Part shown: piece by piece, positions 1 through 7,992 of the stretch | Layout: each line of letters opens with the position of its first letter | Numbering within the stretch: position 1 is the stretch's first letter | Virus record (IMG/VR): IMGVR_UViG_3300020045_009879 | Span: 1-64,000 of that record | Reading direction: 5' to 3' (one strand) | Source of the DNA: a virus | DNA length: 64,000 bases | The notes under the pieces: model-generated | What the model was told of the DNA's origin: nothing | What the model saw: only the letters and a program-made list of their open reading frames with translations | Databases searched by the model: none | Translations under genes and position numbers: made by a program

Positions 1-271
1 TCTTCACCCAAAAAGTCAACTAACTTTTCTTTAACCCATTCTTAGGCGCTATTGATGATTATCTAGATGGTAAAAGAGAAAAGTAGCAAAAGAGGAAATA
101 TAATAATACTATGGAAAATACAGAAGATCATGAATTATGGATTGAAGTCTCAGCAATTCCACCACCAACTAATATCTCATTTCCAATTAATAATTATGAA
201 TGAGAAGAATTATCGGAGAGTGAGCGCTTAGAATGGGTTAAAGAAAAGTTAGTTGACTTTTTGGGTGAAGA
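1..271. repeat. Inverted repeat: 1-42 is the exact reverse complement of 230-271 (imperfect extension to ~50 bp)
   Basis: tcttcacccaaaaagtcaactaacttttctttaacccattct vs agaatgggttaaagaaaagttagttgactttttgggtgaaga; at the window edge, possibly an assembly artefact. Confidence 0.9.
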
Positions 272-451
272 ATACTATGAAACCATCGATGAATATGATA
301 TTACATTTTTGGGAATGTAGTTCACTCACCTCAGTCGCCGGTGCGGCTAAACCCCCAAATATTCAATTAAATTGAATTGTTCATAAGAACATCTACCTGA
401 TCCAACAATCTTGGGAATTGAAGTTTGTCTCGTATTTCTACATTGACGATA

Positions 452-468
452 CAAAGATACAACATATT
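452..468 (-). promoter_or_regulatory. Bacteroidota-type -7 box (TATCTTTG) within a 17-mer shared with 63555-63571
   Basis: Minus strand AATATGTTGTATCTTTG matches TAnnTTTG; 16/17 identical to the site upstream of 63540. Confidence 0.55.
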
Positions 469-525
469 TCTCAGATTGATACTCGTAAGTGAAAATAAAT
501 ATACATATTGCTAAAACTTATTATT

Positions 526-705
526 ATGGCCGATAATTACAAATTCCTTGCTTTAACTAATGGTACAACTGGGTTAGTAATACCTATCAATGATAGTAAG
601 ACAGCTAAAGACATCTTTGACGCATTAGATATGTTAGGTTTACCATTAAATATGCTTCTTACAGAGACAAAAAAAGAGACTAAACAATATTTAGAAGACA
701 AATAA
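526..705 (+). CDS. hypothetical early protein
   Basis: ORF; ATG at 526 preferred over TTG 508; next gene starts 1 nt after stop. Confidence 0.65.
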   Translation: MADNYKFLALTNGTTGLVIPINDSKTAKDIFDALDMLGLPLNMLLTETKKETKQYLEDK

Positions 706-706
706 A

Positions 707-1006
707 ATGGATAAAAACACATATAAGTGCTATCTACGATTAATAAGGAAAGGATATTTATACGATATAAAAAATGATAACGATAGCCATTTTAAAGGAT
801 ATCTTGTGGGCTATAATATATATAATAATAATTTCCTTTTTCAATGTATAGATCGAGGGTGGTATCGAAGTAATATACAACAACTCACAGATAACGGTTA
901 TATCATTGCAAAGACCATTAAAATGCCACTTAAAAATCTTTGGAATGTTGAAATCAACAGTAGTCTTCTTAGGGAACTATTTAAACAGCAATTATCACAT
1001 AACTAA
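707..1006 (+). CDS. hypothetical protein (paralogue of 5129..5479)
   Basis: Shared LY...Y.V.Y...F...GW...G.I...W.V.I pattern. Confidence 0.7.
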   Translation: MDKNTYKCYLRLIRKGYLYDIKNDNDSHFKGYLVGYNIYNNNFLFQCIDRGWYRSNIQQLTDNGYIIAKTIKMPLKNLWNVEINSSLLRELFKQQLSHN

Positions 1007-1016
1007 AACACACGCC

Positions 1017-1235
1017 ATGAAATCAATGCAAAGAATGTTGGGCTTTATGACCATTTGTATGGTTGCAATGAGCATCAATATGAATAAGTTTAACGATGAT
1101 AAAAGCTTAATTCCTCAGCGTTATTGTTCTAAATGGCGCAGTAAAAAAGACCGTAATGAGAAGATGACTCTTAAGCAAAGAAAGGCCCGTAAAAGGGCTA
1201 AGAACAATAGACGTAAATATACCAAAAGACATTAA
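1017..1235 (+). CDS. small protein, hydrophobic N-terminus and highly basic C-terminal tail
   Basis: ATG 1017 in frame with the 906 ORF; KQRKARKRAKNNRRKYTKRH tail. Confidence 0.65.
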   Translation: MKSMQRMLGFMTICMVAMSINMNKFNDDKSLIPQRYCSKWRSKKDRNEKMTLKQRKARKRAKNNRRKYTKRH

Positions 1236-1246
1236 ATATACATATT

Positions 1247-1450
1247 ATGAGCTTAACACCCAAAATACTTAAAACATATAAAGCCGCAATAGCCGATAAG
1301 TTATTTCTACAAGATATCAAAGATGCAGATAATGATAGACCATCCAAATGTTTGGTAAGTGATATAGAGAAAATAGGTTTCGCATCATTTTATTATGGAT
1401 GGTTTGTTGGCAAATATGGTCCATCCAAATGGAAAGAAACATTTCATTAA
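1247..1450 (+). CDS. hypothetical protein
   Basis: ORF in a co-directional gene string. Confidence 0.65.
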   Translation: MSLTPKILKTYKAAIADKLFLQDIKDADNDRPSKCLVSDIEKIGFASFYYGWFVGKYGPSKWKETFH

Positions 1451-1526
1451 CAATACACACGCAAGTCCCCTGGATAAGGAGCTTTATTTACAATACATTA
1501 ATCAATTAAATTTAAAAACAAAAACA

Positions 1527-1859
1527 ATGAAACAGGAAATTACAGAATTAGAAATCAATGGTATTACTTATGTTCCTAAGTCCTCACTACCAATACAAAA
1601 GGAGTTTGATGGAGATATCAAAATCGTTGTTTTACAAAGAGGATGGATATATATTGGTAAGTTTGAAAAGAATGGCAACAATTGCAAACTTCACAATGCC
1701 TATTGCATCCGCATATGGGGTACAACAAAAGGTCTTTGCGAATTGGTCAATGGTGCCACTTCTTCCACAAAACTCGATAAATGCGAGGGCATTGTAGAAT
1801 TTGATTGGCTAACAGTTGTACACACAATTACAGTAAACGCCTCAAAATGGAAGCTATAA
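1527..1859 (+). CDS. conserved phage protein (DUF6948-like), possible Sm/LSm-like beta fold
   Basis: IVVLQRGWIYIG...LHNA.CIRIWGTTKGL.EL motif; ATG 1527. Confidence 0.6.
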   Translation: MKQEITELEINGITYVPKSSLPIQKEFDGDIKIVVLQRGWIYIGKFEKNGNNCKLHNAYCIRIWGTTKGLCELVNGATSSTKLDKCEGIVEFDWLTVVHTITVNASKWKL

Positions 1860-2092
1860 AAATAGCCAATAACTTCGAAAACAGCCATAACACATATGGC
1901 AATGGTGATGGCAATGGTGATGGCAATAGCTATGGCAATGGCAATGGTGATGGCTATGGCAATGGCTATGGCAATGGTGATGGCTATGGCAATGGCTATG
2001 GTAATGGCTACGGCAATGGCTATGGTAATGGCTACGGCAATGGCAATGGTGATAGTGATGGCAATGGCAATGGTGATAGCAATGGCTCCTAA
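1847..2092 (+). CDS. glycine-rich (G-[N/D/Y])n low-complexity protein
   Basis: MEAIKIANNFENSHNTY leader then GNGDGNGYG repeats; overlaps the upstream stop. Confidence 0.65.
   Translation: MEAIKIANNFENSHNTYGNGDGNGDGNSYGNGNGDGYGNGYGNGDGYGNGYGNGYGNGYGNGYGNGNGDSDGNGNGDSNGS
1895..2086 (+). repeat. degenerate 6-bp tandem repeat (GGY-NAY)n, about 32 units
   Basis: ggcaat/ggtgat/ggctat units seen directly. Confidence 0.95.
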
Positions 2093-2193
2093 AAAACACA
2101 ATAAAATAGCTAATTAAATCTTTCCAATACATTGAACATCCGTAAAACTAACTAAATCGAGAGTTATTAAGAGATAACTTTAAATTAATAGTT

Positions 2194-2481
2194 ATGCATA
2201 GATGTTTTAGTTGTATTACCGTCCACGGTATGGAAAATGGTATCGCAAGGCTTTCTCAACAACACTACAGGTTATCAAAAGATGATCTTGGTGAAGAATA
2301 TAGAAGTGAGGAGTCTATCAGGCGTATAAATATAAGCATTCGGCCGGACGAAACTCGTAAAAGCTTATTCAACCGTCTAAATCGTGCCGAAACATGGCTT
2401 ATCAATATGGATGGGAAATTAGAAAAGTCAACCAATAGTTATGTTAATGTTGTTGAATCATCATTGGTTGATCTGGATTAA
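2194..2481 (+). CDS. hypothetical protein
   Basis: 95-aa ORF. Confidence 0.55.
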   Translation: MHRCFSCITVHGMENGIARLSQQHYRLSKDDLGEEYRSEESIRRINISIRPDETRKSLFNRLNRAETWLINMDGKLEKSTNSYVNVVESSLVDLD

Positions 2482-2490
2482 TTAGTTACC

Positions 2491-2517
2491 ACTCCTGAGC
2501 ATGAGTAAAAAGGCTCA
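2491..2517 (+). ncRNA. small H-type pseudoknot motif, copy 1
   Basis: actc-ctgagcat-gagt-aaaaag-gctca; loop tgagc pairs with gctca. Confidence 0.6.
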
Positions 2518-2566
2518 CCTAAAAGTAGTTTTACCATTCTATTCACACAAAAATGGCTGCACCAGC

Positions 2567-2738
2567 ACTTCATTTATCATTAGCTATTTCTCAGCCCATC
2601 TTTCCCGATCGAGAAGGCGTACCGCTGGCTTAATTATGAAGAAAGACTATCTTACCCAAACTTAGTTAATTGTTTTGTAGCTGCTCATTCTGGTCGGCAC
2701 ATTACAAGGATATCGGTCTAACTAAGCTGATAGAAGTG
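2567..2738 (+). ncRNA. putative multi-stem structured RNA (~170 nt)
   Basis: Closing cacttc..tatca / tgata.gaagtg; internal cttagtta/taactaag and cagc/gctg stems; no long ORF. Confidence 0.45.
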
Positions 2739-2953
2739 ACCTAGGGTAATACCAAAACTATGCACTGTGAGTTAATCGATTTGGAAATATCCAATGATAT
2801 TAAAACAGTGACCTCTCCAGCTAAGCATGATGCTGAATCAAGAGAGACTAAAACCGAAAGTATTGCAGTAATGAAATCCCAAGTATGACTAGTTGCAAAT
2901 AGTTATAGCAAGAGAGTAAGCTACCTTGGTAAGGTTACAACCATTATAATTAT

Positions 2954-3031
2954 GCTCCTGGACATGAGGGAGAGGCTCAACCAAAAGGATGATTAGTGCA
3001 CTGATAACATATGGTTCGAATCCACGGGGCT
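2954..3031 (+). tRNA. highly degenerate tRNA-like element
   Basis: gctcc/ggggc ends, tgg-TTCGAAT-cca T-loop; no canonical D or anticodon arm. Confidence 0.3.
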
Positions 3032-3114
3032 CAAAGATGATGAAATAGTAATATAGTAATCATGAAAAGGGCAGCGCAATAGCCAAGGGAATGGCCATTA
3101 ATCATCCCTCATAT

Positions 3115-3141
3115 ATTCCTAAGCATGAATTAAAACTGCTC
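3115..3141 (+). ncRNA. small H-type pseudoknot motif, copy 2
   Basis: attc-ctaagcat-gaat-taaaact-gctc. Confidence 0.55.
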
Positions 3142-3153
3142 CCCTGATTTTCA

Positions 3154-3228
3154 AAAGAGATAATAATCACTTGGATCTATGATTATGATATTGGATATAA
3201 AATGAGGGTTCAATTCCCTCTCTCTCTA
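3154..3228 (+). tRNA. degenerate tRNA-like element (75 nt; acceptor and T arm retained)
   Basis: aaagaga/tctctct acceptor (6/7 paired), gaggg-TTCAATT-ccctc T arm; D and anticodon arms non-canonical. Confidence 0.45.
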
Positions 3229-3428
3229 CAGCTATGCAATATTGCACAAAACAATTAGCACCATTGCCATGAAAAAGAATCTATAAGCTTTAATTAAGTA
3301 TTATGAAATAACCATTGGCTAATACAGTCTAGTGGCTTCCTAAACACAAATAAAACTATTAGGAGGTAATTTGTATGCCGTTGATATTAAAATGGCTGGA
3401 CGTGCGAAGACGGTGTCGCATAATATTA

Positions 3429-3504
3429 GGGGAGGTCTTCTAAAGTAGGATATTAGCGTGTCTAGACAAGACTAATGATGTGAGGTCATCTCTCACCCTC
3501 TCCA
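3429..3504 (+). tRNA. tRNA-like cloverleaf with enlarged anticodon arm
   Basis: ggggagg/cctctcc acceptor; ttct/agga D stem; tattag/ctaatg stem with 15-nt loop; gtgag/ctcac T stem with atypical 7-nt loop gtcatct. Confidence 0.5.
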
Positions 3505-3508
3505 CAAA

Positions 3509-3600
3509 GCAGAAGCTCATTGGCTCGCAAAGCGAATATTGTGAATGTAATATTTGGTTAATCATGATAACTTCAGTGCACAAACATAGTAAACTTCTGC
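3509..3600 (+). ncRNA. putative structured RNA closed by gcagaag/cttctgc
   Basis: 7-bp closing stem and internal aatattg/taatatt hairpin. Confidence 0.35.
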
Positions 3601-3871
3601 CCCTAAATAATGGTGAGAGTTAGTCATGCTCTCTTAAATGACATTTAGAAAAATATCAGCCATTATTTTTTATTTAACAACAACTAAGCCATATATTATG
3701 TCCATAAAAATATTATCGCCAGTAAAAATAAGTACTAAGACTAGTAATTCGTCAAAGAATGTTAAGTCCAGTCGAATACTAAAAATGAATATTAAACAGT
3801 TAACAACCGATATTCATAATAGAATACGAGAAGATAATTCATTAGGAAAACATTTATTCATATAAAGATTT

Positions 3872-4039
3872 AAACTCTTCCACTGAAGACAGACAGATAA
3901 ATGGTTAATCTACTACTACAAATCAGTCCTTAGCTAAAAGGATGTTGTCTGGGGTAAGATATTATAATTTGAATAACGTCTAATAGGCGGAGAATCTTAT
4001 TAGAAATATTCCACGTTAGCATTGTGAATGGGAGAGTTT
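3872..4039 (+). ncRNA. putative multi-stem structured RNA (~170 nt)
   Basis: Closing aaactcttcc/gggagagttt; internal cagaca/tgtctg, tcctt/aagga, tctaatagg/tcttattaga. Confidence 0.45.
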
Positions 4040-4048
4040 TTAAAACAT

Positions 4049-4235
4049 AAAACAAATAGTTATTGCATAGAAGCACATACATAAATGGCAGTGCTGAAAG
4101 AGAGCCTATCTAATGGAAATAGCTACCAAACGGATGGCAAGGCTGTAATGCCGAGGTCCCTGCTCTATTTTGCATAATATCAGGTGAGGCTTAATTAACC
4201 TCTGTAAAAACTAACGTCAAATAATTATTTGTTTT
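4049..4235 (+). ncRNA. putative multi-stem structured RNA (~185 nt)
   Basis: Closing aaacaaatagttat/ataattatttgttt; internal agcac/gtgct, ggca/tgcc, gagg/cctc. Confidence 0.45.
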
Positions 4236-4251
4236 TCAAAATAAAATGGAT

Positions 4252-4346
4252 TGGGAAGTAGCTCAATGGTAGAGCCCTTCATCGTAAGGCGTGTATTTAT
4301 ACAGTGACTGGAAGGAGATGCAAAGTTCGATTCTTTGTCTTCTCGC
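4252..4346 (+). tRNA. tRNA-like RNA with a 30-nt anticodon loop
   Basis: tgggaag/cttctcg acceptor, U8A9, canonical D arm gctc-aatggta-gagc, ccttc/gaagg stem around 30 nt, caaag-TTCGATT-ctttg T arm; no encoded CCA. Confidence 0.7.
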
Positions 4347-4384
4347 AATGGCAATAATGCCAGTTAATTTAATATTGTAATGCT

Positions 4385-4783
4385 ATGGCAAACACAAAGA
4401 GAGTGCAATATGTGCGCTCACAACCAGAATTTGTATTAAAGGATAAATATTTATCCCCAAAAGGGATGAGGATGATGGCTGTTTTGTCCAAAAAGATAAC
4501 CGAAGACACATCCATTACGCCTAAACTACGCAAGCATATTGAGAAAGAAATTTGGGCTAAATATGGCAAAAATCGCTATACCGTTAACCCAGAAAGCGTA
4601 ATTATCAAAGGCATCATTCACACAACACCATTGGCTGGTAACATAGCCACTAAAGAAGAACTGCCTCCGGTAAAATCAGCACCAGTAGAAAAATCTAAAG
4701 CTAAAAAGTCCTTTCTAAAGACATTGGCAGGCATTGTAGGTATGTTATTGATCATTCTTGGTATTAAAAAACTAATACAATGA
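4385..4783 (+). CDS. basic protein with C-terminal transmembrane anchor
   Basis: LAGIVGMLLIILGI tail. Confidence 0.7.
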   Translation: MANTKRVQYVRSQPEFVLKDKYLSPKGMRMMAVLSKKITEDTSITPKLRKHIEKEIWAKYGKNRYTVNPESVIIKGIIHTTPLAGNIATKEELPPVKSAPVEKSKAKKSFLKTLAGIVGMLLIILGIKKLIQ

Positions 4784-4938
4784 GAAATCATTTTACCTCT
4801 ACAGCTGCCGTTAGAAGACAAAAAGTCTCTGACAATAGTAAATGTGTATGCTATACTCCACAATGCAGATTATCCTGTATAATGGACAGAATAGCACCAA
4901 AGAAGCATACATTTATCAAAAAACATCGCTAATATAAT

Positions 4939-4966
4939 GTCCTAAGCATGACGATAAAAAGGCTTA
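4939..4966 (+). ncRNA. small H-type pseudoknot motif, copy 3
   Basis: gtc-ctaagcat-gac-gataaaaag-gctta; 7 nt upstream of ATG 4974. Confidence 0.6.
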
Positions 4967-4973
4967 AACTATT

Positions 4974-5132
4974 ATGAGAACAGTAATATTATTATCTGGC
5001 CTAGCAATTGCTCAAGCTATAAGGGTTGACTGGTATAATAAGGATTCAGTTGGTGTGTATTTTATTATATTGTTATTTTGCATAATAATGGATCTTATTG
5101 AATTTCTGTATAATACACATAAAAAATCATGA
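4974..5132 (+). CDS. small membrane protein (52 aa; not in ORF track)
   Basis: MRTVILLSGLAIAQAIR...YFIILLFCIIMDLIEF; ATGA overlap with the next gene. Confidence 0.6.
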   Translation: MRTVILLSGLAIAQAIRVDWYNKDSVGVYFIILLFCIIMDLIEFLYNTHKKS

Positions 5133-5479
5133 CAATTACACCAAAAGTAACGATAAGGCTTTTTAACAAACTTAAAAGTCAAAACATTCTATATAATTTA
5201 GATTTTCCACACAATGATCGATCAAGATGTACAGCTTATTGCGTTGCATACTCTTGTGAATCTCCAACACAAATAAATAAATATAATAAATTATATTTCA
5301 GAAAAACAGATAATAATGGATGGAATCTACGTGATCGTAATTCACATGGTATTATGATTTTTGATCCAAAAGAAAACCAAAATCTAGACAGAAACTGCTA
5401 TTGGGCCGTAAATATAACGCCAGAAGTAGCCAAAGAGTTTTTGCGACAACGAAGAGAATATCTTAAGACAAAAAAATAA
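5129..5479 (+). CDS. hypothetical protein (paralogue of 707..1006)
   Basis: Shared motif pattern. Confidence 0.7.
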   Translation: MTITPKVTIRLFNKLKSQNILYNLDFPHNDRSRCTAYCVAYSCESPTQINKYNKLYFRKTDNNGWNLRDRNSHGIMIFDPKENQNLDRNCYWAVNITPEVAKEFLRQRREYLKTKK

Positions 5480-5611
5480 TCATGTGGAAAACATTTGTCT
5501 ATATTCTACTATCAGGCATAGCCGGAGTCAATACTATTACTATTACCGAGATTAAAACTGATGCTCGAGTACATATAACAAGCACACATATAACTTATAT
5601 TTTCGAATAAT

Positions 5612-5881
5612 ATGAAAGAATTACTCTTAGCACTTTTAAATGCAGCAAATAAACTATACCCCATGCGTGGAATACATACAAGTTGGTGTACTGCGGGATC
5701 ATTTTCTAACGAAGGCAAAATATATGGTTTTATAATTGAAGGCAATAGAGGCACGCTTAGACGTATTGATATTGGCACCAAAGAGAATGAATGGTTTGAT
5801 GTTATTAAGACAGGGAACAAATTCACTACTATCATTCATAACGGAATTAAATATGACATACAGCCAACACTACAATTATGA
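5612..5881 (+). CDS. hypothetical protein
   Basis: ORF; ATGA overlap with next gene. Confidence 0.65.
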   Translation: MKELLLALLNAANKLYPMRGIHTSWCTAGSFSNEGKIYGFIIEGNRGTLRRIDIGTKENEWFDVIKTGNKFTTIIHNGIKYDIQPTLQL

Positions 5882-6234
5882 AACTTATCAATAGTAAAGC
5901 CTTTTACAAAGCCGCATTAAGAAAATATGGTGGTATGATCATACTGCCCCATACTGAAACACCATGGGGCAGTATTAGTTATCCAATGAAATTTATTGGA
6001 GTCAATTTGGGAGGTAAATTTCTTTTTGCTTGTAACGGGTGCGGTAGTCTAATATTAAGTGGCACAAATGTATATATTCGCAATGGAAAACCCAAGCAAG
6101 ATTCTTCTGGTCGCAATGTTAATTTTTTAGCACTCTCAGCACATCAACGAGGTCTTGATTTTTTAGAAAAAATATATCAATCACAAAAACCAATACGTTA
6201 TGAGGAAATATTTTCTGATACGTTTCACCTATGA
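5878..6234 (+). CDS. hypothetical protein
   Basis: ORF in coupled string. Confidence 0.65.
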   Translation: MKLINSKAFYKAALRKYGGMIILPHTETPWGSISYPMKFIGVNLGGKFLFACNGCGSLILSGTNVYIRNGKPKQDSSGRNVNFLALSAHQRGLDFLEKIYQSQKPIRYEEIFSDTFHL

Positions 6235-6385
6235 TAAAGAAATTATGGGTGATAATGCCACTCCAATAATACAAGTGTCTAAAAAGCGCTTATTTGTGGA
6301 AGCAATAGGCCTTAATGCTGCCTGCAGGAAAATTGTGGGGCAATATTCTAATGCAAGAATGTTTCATGATCTAACGATACGATAA
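6200..6385 (+). CDS. hypothetical protein
   Basis: ORF; TAATG coupling to next gene. Confidence 0.6.
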   Translation: MRKYFLIRFTYDKEIMGDNATPIIQVSKKRLFVEAIGLNAACRKIVGQYSNARMFHDLTIR

Positions 6386-6630
6386 TGAAAATATTAATCG
6401 GTGGTTATGCAATAAATACCAAACATATTATTGCGATATCAAATATTACCAATAAACGAAACAAATATGACAGATTTAGTGTAATGTTTATCAATAGAAA
6501 AACAATTACATTTGATTGCACATGTACATTATCGGAAGAAACAATGAATAAAAAACAATTAGAATCACTCAGAAGCCAGTTAATTAAAGTATGGGGACAT
6601 GAAAATGATATTAAACACATTATGCCATGA
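6385..6630 (+). CDS. hypothetical protein
   Basis: ORF in coupled string. Confidence 0.65.
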   Translation: MKILIGGYAINTKHIIAISNITNKRNKYDRFSVMFINRKTITFDCTCTLSEETMNKKQLESLRSQLIKVWGHENDIKHIMP

Positions 6631-7199
6631 AATCACATACAACAATCAGAGAAACAGGAGCATTCCTCTTAATATTTATTGTCATAGCACTATTTTTTAT
6701 GGCTGCATTTATGTGGAAAGAATAATATTATCGCTGTCATGGGATGGCGACGTGTGTGGTTAGTTGTTATACAAGGGAGAAGTGTAAAAAACTTCTCCTG
6801 CGTATAAAATAATATTTAAAATATCACTCTCGTGGATATCGCGTATATAAGCCATGGTTTTATAATCATCCATAATATATTTGCCAAAGGTACAAGCCCG
6901 ACACGCCAAGTATCTATCTAATAGAGAAACAACACTAGACACGCACCAAGTTCATTTATTTTATGATGATAATACGTCAAAACAACTAAAAAACCTTCCA
7001 CACAGATAATACTTTATATACATAATAAGTTAAAAGTAGATTCTGTAAATAACACAATCCCGTTGTAGGTTAGCGGGATTAAAATATTTAAAGGTAGCTA
7101 CCTCAAGGCTATGCCGTCGTTGAGGCGTACTTTAAACATCTTATAGAATAACTATCTACACAGAAGGCGAAACTAATAAAAAATTAAAATAACTACACC

Positions 7200-7439
7200 A
7201 TGGATAAGAAAATTGGAGATAAATTTATTTACACAGATAAAGACGGAAGAAAACATCAGTTATTAATTGTTGAAGATACTTTAATTGACTGTACTAAATG
7301 TTTCTTTGGAAATGGTGCAAAAGTAGCCCATCCATGTAAAATTAGTCAAAGGATTGTAGGCAGATGCACTGGTTCAAGAAGAACGGATGGTAAATATATT
7401 AATTTTATTATATTACGATCACAAAAACTTAAACAATGA
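7200..7439 (+). CDS. small Cys-rich protein, family A
   Basis: KKIGDKF.Y...CTKCFF...C...GRC...RTDGK.I.F. Confidence 0.75.
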   Translation: MDKKIGDKFIYTDKDGRKHQLLIVEDTLIDCTKCFFGNGAKVAHPCKISQRIVGRCTGSRRTDGKYINFIILRSQKLKQ

Positions 7440-7669
7440 TACAGCGCAAACAGGGGGAAAAATTTGTCTTTACAGACATAACAAATGAAGATAAATATCT
7501 TATAAAAACAATTTTACATACTGGTGACCCAGAAAAACATTGTGAAAAATGCTTTTTTAATGATTATTTTTGCGAAGAAGCGACGGACTTAACTGGGTCA
7601 TGCATAGAGCCATCCTTAACTTTTTTCTGTATAAAAACTAAAAAACACACACATGAAAGCAAAATTTAG
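7436..7669 (+). CDS. small Cys-rich protein, family A
   Basis: RKQGEKF...CEKCFF...C...GSC. Confidence 0.75.
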   Translation: MIQRKQGEKFVFTDITNEDKYLIKTILHTGDPEKHCEKCFFNDYFCEEATDLTGSCIEPSLTFFCIKTKKHTHESKI

Positions 7670-7755
7670 ATTATTAGTGATATCACATTGTAATAAAAAC
7701 TGTCCACCACCTATCGACGAAGATTTTATGCAACTAGAAGAGTTATTTTAAGCAT

Positions 7756-7992
7756 ATGAGCAGAAAATTAATTTTTAAAGATTCCATTGATGGATGTCAA
7801 TATCTCGTGAAAAAAATGGGACCATATGATACTAATATAAATTGTCCCGCATGTTTTAGATGGAATCACATAGCAAGCTTTAAGTCCAATAGTGTAAATT
7901 GTGCTGAAATTGATAATAAACTTCAATGTAGATCTAAAATAAAAAATTGGCAATATTTTTATTTTAAACTAATTAAATTTAAAAAAACATGA
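7756..7992 (+). CDS. small Cys-rich protein, family A (divergent)
   Basis: CPACF...C...C...YFYF. Confidence 0.65.
   Translation: MSRKLIFKDSIDGCQYLVKKMGPYDTNINCPACFRWNHIASFKSNSVNCAEIDNKLQCRSKIKNWQYFYFKLIKFKKT

Noticed and set aside
320-360. HDV-like/theta ribozyme (cacc..ggtg..ctaa)
   Set aside because: Could not build P1 and P2, and there is no adjacent tRNA.
1895-2086. Diversity-generating retroelement target (variation at NAY codons)
   Set aside because: No template/variable repeat pair and no reverse transcriptase in the window; only the first codon position varies, as expected for a simple coding repeat.
1700-2132. Alternative-frame ORFs (AIAIT, HCHH, MAMAM repeats)
   Set aside because: Shadows of the stop-free 6-bp repeat.
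3429-3504. Amber suppressor tRNA (CTA in the anticodon arm)
   Set aside because: CTA lies in a palindromic 15-nt loop, not a 7-nt anticodon loop; the T loop is non-canonical; there is no recoding evidence.
3883-3960. Hammerhead ribozyme (CTGAAGA followed by a stem)
   Set aside because: The required GAAA does not follow the stem.
2485-4970. CRISPR array or mini-array
   Set aside because: The repeated motif occurs three times at irregular spacing with covarying stems, not as identical repeats with uniform spacers; no cas genes.
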